DNA of 38,475 nt from Macrostomum lignano (lineage: Eukaryota), in the NCBI GenBank assembly GCA_002269645.1, contig NIVC01004673.1:1-38475 (forward strand), written 5' to 3'. The notes beneath the pieces are model-generated. The model was not told the DNA's origin. It did no database searches and saw only the letters and a program-made list of their open reading frames with translations. The translations under genes were made by a program, and so were the position numbers. Below, piece after piece: positions 30,323 through 38,475 of this stretch. Position 1 is the first letter of the stretch, and each line of letters starts with the position of its first letter.

Positions 30323-31973
30323 AGTTTTATGTTTCGTAAGCAAAAAATGGTGTCACAATTTCTTGGCGTATATTTCGACATACAACGTCAAGCGTTATTG
30401 ACTCAAAAGCAAGCACACTTTAGAGTCGAATATCTCAGGAAATACTGTTTCTTTTTCAGCTTCAATGGTGTCATTCTAAAGCTGGGATGTGCGTAAGAAT
30501 GGAACTATAAATTCATTTAATTTGAGAGCGAAATGGAGTTCTGACATCAGCAAATATGCGCTGTTTCTTGACTTGCCTTCAAAAAAGCAAATCGCCAAGC
30601 ACACTTTAAAAGAAAATAATTCAAGAAGTAAAGTATTTTATTAGACGCGTGATGCGGCATTTTACAGCTGAAACATGCGTAAGAGTTAGTCCATTGTCTT
30701 TTTGGGATACGGGGCACATTTATGGGATGTAAAAATTGAATCATTTTCAGAAAACGTTGAAGAGATGCTGAATCAGGGTGTTGCCAAGCAATCTTTGAAA
30801 CAATGCACTTCGTAAAGTTTTTTATTTTATAAAACAAATTTGGGCTCATTTGATTGCAAACACATGCGTAAACATCTGCCAAAAATATGGTTCCGTTTGG
30901 TCCATTTTGTTAAAAGTAGTAGATGATCGTTTTGAATATCTGTCTGAATATCTGTCGGGAAACCCTCACATGTCTACGACGGGGGAAGAGCTGGAGAGGA
31001 GATTGAGATCGCGATCGCAATCAGTACAAAATTGAATTCTACCCATACAATATCTTGGAATCCACAGTAAAACAAAAATAACAATAAATTGGAAATATGC
31101 ATTCCTAAATAGCAAAATTAAATGCAACTGAAAAAACATAATAATGAATACACAATAACACACTATTCATAAACATATTTAAATCTACATCGTTACAACT
31201 CCACACATGTTTGTGGAAGCGAAACTATAATAAAAATACAATGAACACTTGTACACATACAGCGTGCATTAGATGCCAATTATAGCGAGAAGTTGAATCC
31301 CTAAACGTGTATTTAATCCTATATTTTACAGACTATTGATTGAGAAACAATTTACATGCATAAAAAAACAATCGAATAACAATTTTACAGCTTTGCGAAA
31401 TCTTGGGATGACGAAGTGTCCTCAAATTTGGTCACTTTGTCATCTGGATGACGAACTGGTAAGATGACGAAGTGTCCAGGAACCCATTGGTGTGCCGGCT
31501 GTGCCCCCGTGGCCCATGGTCTTAGACTGAAACCTTATCTGGCCCTTGAGTTGAGTGGCTAATGCTCAATACCTAGCCCTTGGTTTCTACAAAAGTGGGA
31601 AAGAAAAGTCTTTATATATATAAATAGCAGCTCAACTACTATAGGCCTATAGCATATATGTGGTAGTTGTTGCACCAAAAATTTTTCTTCCTATTTTTTT
31701 AGAAAATTAAAAGAATTGCACAAATAAGAACAAGAAAATGTTGATACTCCCAGAACCAGAACCAAACAAAAATAAAAAACAGATAAAAAACAAAAAATTA
31801 GCAAGAAAAAATGTCTAAAATACTACAAAATCACCTCTAGCAATTATTCAGATGCATTTCCATAGCATATAGGTCCAAGTAAATTTCATTAGGCTAGGGC
31901 CACTTCCATATACTGCAAAAAAATTATATAGCAAAATAAGGGACTCACCAATATGTATGAGTATGTATGAGGC

Positions 31974-32141
31974 TGGTGAGGCAACGATCGCTTTATTTAT
32001 GCAAGTTGAAGTTAAGCCTGCGATGTGATGTACATATAGAGTGAACGTACATTAAATCAATACAGTGATTCAGCTACTTATTTGTCATGATTGCTAACAG
32101 TTCAGACTGCCTCTAAGGCAAGGAATAATACATCCCCCCCC
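31974..32141 (-). mobile_element. 3' LTR (U5 end divergent or truncated) with polypurine tract
   Basis: Minus strand: GGGGGGGGA (32141-32133) immediately before TGT (32132); AATAAA inside; direct repeat of 38242-38393. Confidence 0.85.
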
Positions 32142-32283
32142 ACAAAAGGAGCATAGCGACAGGGAATAAAAAGATGAGAGTGAGACACAGCTAGCGAAAT
32201 GTAGAGTAAAAAGAGGAGCGCAGACAGTAAAGTACATTTTCAATCACAGTCTCTGACAGTCCATGGCCTCAGTCACTCAGCGC

Positions 32284-33327
32284 TCACACCGAGGTAGTCC
32301 GGAGGACGCCGCACCCTGGCCGGGTACCGCCGCTCGGCCTGGCTCGACTCCGGGCGACCTCGTGGGTCACCGGCTGCTCGCGGAGCTGCTCCGCATCGGC
32401 CTGGGCTGCGAGCCGCCTGCGCAGCCGGTTCACGTGCACCCAGCGGACCGGCCGAATGCCGAAGGCGCGGCGGATGCGCACCGAGTGGCCGCGCTGCTCG
32501 AGCACCATCCAGCCCGGCTCCCAGTACAGCGCCAGCTTCGATCGCCGCATCTCGATGCTGAGCAACACCTCGGTGCCTTGCGGAAACTGCGGCAGGTCCG
32601 ACGCCTTCTTGTCGTGCGCCGCCTTCTGTTGCTGTCCGGCGGCCACCAGGTTTTCCTCAACGAACTCGCGGATGCGGGCCAACCGACACTCCAGCAGCGC
32701 CGAGTAGGTGCCGATGTCATACTGCTGCTCGCTAGCCTGCACCTGTGGTGGAAGCTGCGGGTCGCGGCAGGTCATCACAGTCAGCGGCGTCACCTTGGTT
32801 GAGCTGTGGACCCTGGAGTTGTAGGACAGGACCACCAGCGGCAGCTGCTCCTCCCAGCTGGACTCACTCTCAGTGAACAGCCGCAGCAGTTGCAACAGCG
32901 ACTTGTTGCCGCGCTCCACAAGGCCGCTTCCCTGCGGATGGTAGGGCGATGTGCGCGTCTTCCTGATGCCCAGCGCTCGCAGCGTCTCCTGGAACAGCTC
33001 GCTCTCGAAGTTCGCGCCTTGATCCGAGTGGATGACCGATGGGACTCCGAACAGCGAGAAAAACTTGACTGCAGCGTCCGCGATGGTCTTGGCAGTCTGG
33101 TCTGGCATCGGAATGGCGGTCAGGAACTTGGAGAACTGGTCCTGCATCACCAGCAGGTAGCTGCTGCTGCGGTCTGACAGCGGCACCTTCAGCACGTCGA
33201 TGGCCACAGTCTGCCAGCGCTTGCCGATCGGCATCTCTCCGAGTGGGGCCGCGGGGCGCTGCTGTGCCTTCTTTAGCTGGCAGGTCTGGCACTCCTGGCA
33301 GAAACTCACCACGTCGCTCTGCAATCC
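32284..33327 (-). CDS. Gypsy-type integrase, 5'-truncated
   Basis: CQECQTCQ (CC half of the HHCC finger), VAIDVL, IHSDQGANFES, TRTSPYHPQGSGLVERGNK (DDE). Located next to the PPT/3' LTR. Confidence 0.92.
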   Translation of the reverse strand, partial: GLQSDVVSFCQECQTCQLKKAQQRPAAPLGEMPIGKRWQTVAIDVLKVPLSDRSSSYLLVMQDQFSKFLTAIPMPDQTAKTIADAAVKFFSLFGVPSVIHSDQGANFESELFQETLRALGIRKTRTSPYHPQGSGLVERGNKSLLQLLRLFTESESSWEEQLPLVVLSYNSRVHSSTKVTPLTVMTCRDPQLPPQVQASEQQYDIGTYSALLECRLARIREFVEENLVAAGQQQKAAHDKKASDLPQFPQGTEVLLSIEMRRSKLALYWEPGWMVLEQRGHSVRIRRAFGIRPVRWVHVNRLRRRLAAQADAEQLREQPVTHEVARSRARPSGGTRPGCGVLRTTSV

Positions 33328-33414
33328 TCTCAGAGGGAATGTTTCAACTTTCAACTAAGGGAAAGACAGGAAAATTAATAACTAAGTGCTTTGAAAATCA
33401 CTCACCATTAGTAT

Positions 33415-35005
33415 TTAGTAATCATTTCCACACAATGGAATGACCGCAAACTCTTCATCTTGGGGAATCATAAAGCACTTTCCTGTTGGAGTGCCTTGCA
33501 CAGCAGTTCGAGAAATTACGTAGATCCCAATTCCAAGTTTTGTCGAATCAATAGGATAGTTGTACAATGGTCTTCTTAGAATCATAAGCTGCCCTGAGAC
33601 TAGATTGTTGTATGCTGATCGTATATAAACCACCTTCGAACCGATAAGGCAGCAGTTATCGCCATGCTTTTTCGAATGATGATGTGGCTCTTGTCTTTCA
33701 CGGCAGACTAAAGCTGCAGTAATCAAAACTTGATTGAAACTGTGGGTCGATGCAAATCTTGTTACTTTAAGCCGTCGTTTAATTGCAGACAAAAAGTTCT
33801 CAAATGGAAACGTGCTGAAGTTAGATAAACACCCAAATTGTTCTACAAACTGATGTAGATGAAGCAGAGAGTGCATATTGTAAGTCATACAGGCTCGACC
33901 GTAAAGCGATCTTGCTTTTCTTACAAAGAGTTGCAAGGACAATTGAGCAGTATTATTGAATTCGAATTATTACAGCTATACACATAGGTAGCAAAATGAA
34001 GAAGCTGAAAATGCCTGTAGAGCTTATCGGGTAGAAATTCGCGAAACAATATTGGTGCCAGTACAGGACGAATAGGCGGTACTCAGTGGCTTTAAAATGC
34101 CGTAAATCGGAGTCTATTCTTCTTGGACGCCTCTGAAAGCAACTTGGTGTAAAACATGCTATGGTTTGTACTTTATCAGACAAGCGCTTAATGACAGCAG
34201 GTTTCAGTTTGCACCTGCGTCCTTCATCGCTGAAAAAGTAGCAATAGAAAAGCTTCCGAACCACACCAAGGCAAATAGCATGCTGGAAATCCAAAGGAAA
34301 GTCTCTAGGACAGTGAATATTAGGTAGTCTTAACAGTGGTGAAATTTCTCTGCCGGTTTGATTAGATACCTGGCCCGAGCGATAAGCATCTGGTGTTCTT
34401 GAACTCGCTGCACTTTTGGAATAAATCATTCGATGGCTCTTTGATTTTCCTACCTGTCGGCAGTAACCACATCCTACTTTAGATGTGTGGCCAAAAGTGT
34501 TGCAAATAAATGATCGGGCAGGAGTGTCACAAACAAAACGCACAGATGACAAAAAATACGCACGCCACAGACGACAACGCCATCGGTTAAGAAATACGCA
34601 ATTCAGCGCAAAAGTCTTCCAAATAAGCATTCAGCGGCGGCTTACTGATTCCTGCATATATGGCGACAGGAAATGGTTTGGTGCCACTCCCAATGACTTT
34701 TAATAAAATCGGCCACAACGAAAAATTACTGCTTTTATAAACCGGAAGACCATCAACATTGCAGGACATTTCTAAATTACACGCTTCTTCTCCACTGGGT
34801 GTCTTATACCTGTCTTTCAGCTGTAAAAATCCTTCGCGAATTAGATGAGACAGATTCTTGACGATAGAAACAAAAGAAAAATGCCCAGTACCCATAGTAG
34901 AAGTCTTTTCAGCCTTCAATAGCTCCTGATCCTTCCATAAGCGAAACCGCGATTTTGCAGCAGGGAGGCCAAGACGACGCATGCCAGTAAGAAGAAAGCT
35001 GACTC
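33415..35005 (-). pseudogene. CACTA/EnSpm-type transposase (element A), frameshifted
   Basis: NVDGLPVYKSS..LWPIL; FVCDTPARSF..GH..GCGYC; DFQHAICLGVVRK; FQRRPR..FKATEYRLFVLY; LYG..YNMHSLLHL..FSTFPFEN, spread over ORFs 34587-35018, 33953-34630 and 33415-33942. Confidence 0.88.
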
Positions 35006-36313
35006 CACTGTGAGGCACATTATATCAAAAGAGTACCATGATATCCATTTTGCCCCGGCCTCTGCATGTTTGGATCGTTTTTGTCAGCAAGCTGAGGCAT
35101 TGTATGACTTTAAGCTACAATCATACAACACGCATCTCCTGCAGCACCTTGCGTTTTTTGTCCGGCTTTATGGCCAATGGATGAGTGGTCATCGTTCCCA
35201 TTTGAGAATTTCAATTCAATTTTGAAGCGGCGCATTCGTTCCACGCGGAAAGTTTTCGAACATGCAGTCAATACGATGTCAGTTATTCGGGATGTTTTTT
35301 CCCGTGTTTCAGCTGAGCAACTATTTTTTTCCGCTTCATCCCCGGACAACTGTTGCATTCTGGGTGACGGCCAAATAATAAGAATTACGTATGTTTCATC
35401 TGCTAATGCGGTTTGCGGTCAGGTTTTTCAGTTTTTCCAAGATCTCTACATTTCTCCATACAGGTCACTTGAAATTCAAATCGGTATTTACAAACTTTCA
35501 TCCCGGTATGTTCGGAATGTTCGGCCGAAGCGCAAGTGCATTATCATACCGCAGGTAGCAGTGAGTTTGTAATTATCCCGTTTTGCAACTAACTTTGCCT
35601 TTGTTCCACTACTGTTAATTCCTGACGTGTCTCTATATTTATGGCGGATTCATTTAGTTGCTGCTTGATTTGTGAATGATATTGTTTAATGCTGCACCAA
35701 TTTTACTTGTTTAAATGCTACACCAGACTTGGCAGATTCTGTCATCAAAATGTGCAAGTGTCAAGAGCTGTCGATTGACAGCACGTTTTTTGTGTACAAA
35801 CTTTCTGTCTATTCCTTCCTAATTTCTCGTGACTTCTGCGTCTAAATGTTTTGTGTTTTGTAGTTTTGTGTCGTAAAATATGCTCTCGTTATCGCTCAGT
35901 GTATTTTTTGTTATTCCATTTTGTGTGGCCAATGTTAATTTGACTTTTCATGATGCATTTTGACTTTTATGTTTGTGCAATTATAAGCAAATTAAATTAA
36001 TCGAAGCAGTTCTCGTCTGGTTGGTTACACCCTGAAACCTGTTTGTTACAAATGGTTGTTTTAATTAAATGGATCATAATAGTTGGTTTGTTGTTAACAT
36101 TCAATTTAACATTATAGCGGATGATATCTACAGTATAAAAGAGTATACTACATGTAGTATGAAATAACATGCAAAACGACGTCGATACGATCTGCTTGCG
36201 ACGTCGAATTTATACTGAAATCTTAGGTCGCAACGACGTCGTTGAACCGGAAACTCGGTAACCTTCGAAACGACGTAGAAAAACGACGTCGTTACGTGAC
36301 ATTTCCCAGTGGG
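35005..36313 (+). mobile_element. 3' fragment of a second CACTA/EnSpm element (B) in opposite orientation
   Basis: LY..SYNTHLLQHL..VRLYG..DEWSSFPFEN (35010-35572); clustered ACGACGTCG subterminal palindromes at 36175-36295; end ..GACATTTCCCAGTGGG at 36313. Confidence 0.8.
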
Positions 36314-37632
36314 ATGACCGCCTTCTCAACATTCCGGTCACTTGGTCGCTCAGCACCGTACAGAGATTCAATTACATCTGAGATTGTAAAATGAAATAAA
36401 AATTATATTTTACATTTAAGCTTATTGTAAAGTACATATTCATCTATGCATAGTCTTTCTCACCCATAAAACTGGAAGCAACACCCGCTGGAAGCTGAGT
36501 TGAGTATCAGTCAGGTCAGTGCTGCCAGATCGTTTTTGCAATTTTTTTGCCGCTGTAGTTGATCTGTCGCTGCATTGGTACGGAAAGCACTTTGTCCAAC
36601 ATTCGGCCCAACGTAACACGCCAACCACTATCCGCCTTGCAGAAGAGTAGCTCCAGTTTCTGAGTATTGAGAAGTAGTTATTCGAGTTCAAGCTAAGTCA
36701 TTTATAGTAATTACAATTTGTAGATAAAAAATAAATTAAAAAAATTAGTTCCATTTATCTTGGCTATGTGCACTAGGGTTTATTTTCGATAACTTTTTAT
36801 TTCTAATCTTGATGCTATTAACTAAAGCTCACTTCTTTATACTATAAGTAGCAGCTATAAAACGCATTTCTCAGCAAAACAAGTTCAGAGCAAAGCAAAG
36901 CTGGCAAAGCATAATTCTGAACTCTTAACTCTTATTAATAAATAAAGTAACTGGAAATTACAAACTTTATGCACTTACCAGCTGTGCCTTCATGAAGGGA
37001 GAATTGATAAAGTTGATGTACTCGTCCCAGCTGCTCAGTGGCCATGGGATTCGCACCCCTAAATTTGGGTTTTCACTTGCACTCTGCTCATTATTTGTCC
37101 CCTCGTCGAGCCTGAGAGAGTCAATTTTCTTCTCCAATCGATCTTGCCGCTTGATGAGCTCAGAAATTGAAAGGCGTATTCCTGCCAACTCTGCTCTAAC
37201 AGACCGCCGGTGCCTCTCAGCGCTTTCCCTAATTGCAGCCTGGTCACGCAAGAGGTTGACAAGCATGAAGGCAATGCTCGCTCTGATTGCACGCTGTAAC
37301 CCAGCTTCTGCTCGATTTCAGCAGTCAGGCTGTCAAGGCAATTTGCAGAAAACGCCATAGATGCACCGGGGCTGTCAAAAACCGCTCGCCGGCTAGTAGT
37401 CGGTGTTGGCGGCTGTGTCATCTGGGTCGTCGCCGTCCGTCGAAGTTTTCAGACGCTTGAACTTGAACTTGCTTCGACACTGTCGTCGCATCAATGACGG
37501 CGTGAGCGTTGATTGTTGCGGCGACTGCTGACTAACATTGGCCAGGCTGACGAGGCGGGTCTCTAACTGCTGCTCGTCTTCACTCGCACTTGAGTCGCTC
37601 GTGCTGTCAGCATTAAATACTATATAGGGCAT
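36314..37632 (-). pseudogene. Spliced accessory gene of CACTA element A (coiled-coil + DUF4806-like)
   Basis: IPWPLSSWDEYINF..KAQL|gtaagt (36978)..actcag|KLELLFCK..LGRMLDKVLSVPMQRQINYSGKK (from 36659), and a probable third exon tctcag|(D)VIESLYG..NVEKAVI cut at 36314. Family call is from motif recall. Confidence 0.55.
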
Positions 37633-38039
37633 AGGGTTGCCGATTGAAATCAGAGAAATCAAATATTATTTATACATGTACAATCTTATCTCTCACCATA
37701 TTTGCTCATTCATTTGATGTATTGTTTTCGTTTTTACTTTTTGCTTTAAATATTCATGCACTCTCACAATCCAATGCTATGCTATCACAGTAATAATTTC
37801 CTAGCATGATTTTTAGAAACTGCAATAAATACAAGTTTTAATTTCAACATCAAAATCTTGTCATTTCGATGAAAACAATGTGAAAAGATACTCACAACTG
37901 AACTGAAACGCTTTGATTTCAAGTACTAAATTCTCAATTAAAATCTGAAGTATACAGTGGGCCATTCAAATTGCGGTATAAATATTTTTTACGAGCTACT
38001 AGAAGTAGCAGTAAAAAACATTTCTTCATTTTTTCTTGC

Positions 38040-38145
38040 CCGACGTAGGCCCGACCGAACAAAGACGGACGGTTGACCGACCAGAGGAGTTGGCCTGGCC
38101 AACGAGTGGTCGTACGTTGGTGGCGGACGTAAATTTTTTACTGGG
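38040..38145 (-). mobile_element. Probable 5' terminus of CACTA element A
   Basis: Minus strand starts CCCAGTAAAAAATTTACGT with CGTACG/GGCCAAC subterminal words, a few codons after the Gypsy PBS. No matching 3' TIR found. Confidence 0.5.
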
Positions 38146-38186
38146 CTAGGAATCGCATGGTGACTGCCGCCCTCTGCCATAGTACA

Positions 38187-38393
38187 CTCTGCTACCACTT
38201 GTAAACGCGGTATTTGGCAGCACCAAAAACACGAAGGCCCGTGAGGCAGTGATCGCTTTATTTATGCAAGTTGAAGTTAAGCCTGCGATGTACATATAGA
38301 GTAAATACATTAATCAATACGATGATTCAGCTAATTATTTGTCACGATTGCTAACAGTTCAGACTGCCTCTAAGACAAGAAATAAATATTACA
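38187..38393 (-). mobile_element. 5' LTR (38200-38393, 194 bp, TGT..ACA) and tRNA-iMet primer-binding site (38187-38197)
   Basis: TGTAAT..GTTTACA, 2-nt gap, then TGGTAGCAGAG, complementary to the animal initiator tRNA 3' end CUCUGCUACCA. Confidence 0.88.
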
Positions 38394-38475
38394 CCTGTAC
38401 TTCATTGGTGGCAGCGATTCAATTGAAGACTTCTAGACAACTATAGGCAAGAAACCAACTATACTTCATCATTTT

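Larger units (their letters stand above)
26556..30971. mobile_element. Foldback (Rehavkus/FB-NOF-like Mutator) element, internally deleted, 4416 bp
   Basis: Arms 26556-~28047 and ~29183-30971 are near-identical inverted repeats starting ATGTGAGGGTTTCCCGACAG. 9-bp TSD GTCTACGAC at 26547-26555 and 30972-30980. 191-bp tandem arrays lie inside the arms. Confidence 0.9.
26270..31484. mobile_element. Non-autonomous TIR element with GG..CC ends and 8-bp TSD (Mutator- or Merlin-like), host of the foldback insertion
   Basis: ~40-bp TIR GGTTCCTGGACACTTCGTCATCTTACCA at both ends; TSD CATTGGTG at 26262-26269 and 31485-31492; subterminal ACTTCGTCATC repeats. About 0.8 kb without the insert. Confidence 0.85.

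Noticed and set aside
26622-30882. Duplicated ORFs (MYSQSLCTC.., ..QMSPNLFYK..)
   Set aside because: They arise from the inverted arms and 191-bp units; no coding signature.
32263-33292. Overlapping ORFs 32263-32802, 32430-32720, 32806-33177 and 32870-33292
   Set aside because: Alternative-frame or antisense shadows of the GC-rich integrase.
37989-38198. 69-aa ORF as gag
   Set aside because: Only about 11 codons after the ATG can belong to the retroelement; the rest is the CACTA terminus.
38406-38416. TGGTGGCAGCG as a plus-strand PBS
   Set aside because: It resembles some LTR-element PBSs, but the adjacent LTR is minus-oriented (PPT, AATAAA, iMet PBS) and the window ends too soon to test a neighbouring element.

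Overview
Eukaryotic (invertebrate animal) genomic DNA, not prokaryotic: spliced genes with GT-AG introns, many of them filled by minisatellites. The style (GC-rich exons, minisatellite-loaded introns and spacers) resembles the flatworm Macrostomum, but the organism is my inference only. Left half (1-20.4 kb): the 3' four exons of a CNG channel alpha subunit (+), converging on four co-oriented minus-strand genes. In transcription order these are an intact 3-exon F-box/LRR gene, an NDUFV3-like complex I subunit, a PX-domain protein with two clathrin-box motifs, and a GALNT11-like GalNAc transferase with no recognisable lectin domain. Each gap between them holds a minisatellite. Most genes carry small deletions that shift the frame, most likely long-read consensus errors. 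Right half (20.4-38.5 kb) is transposon-derived. It has a strongly CpG-depleted zone with a mariner fossil and two hAT MITEs with 8-bp TSDs. A 4.4-kb foldback (Rehavkus/FB-like Mutator) element with a 9-bp TSD and a spliced Ulp1-protease + PHD remnant is nested in an 8-bp-TSD element. A Gypsy LTR shell has lost gag-pol to nested CACTA/EnSpm pieces. Best candidates for new biology: a possible SL-trans-spliced four-gene cluster, the unannotated PX/clathrin-box and long NDUFV3-like proteins, the CpG-decay boundary inside the F-box gene, and the Ulp1-PHD foldback element.
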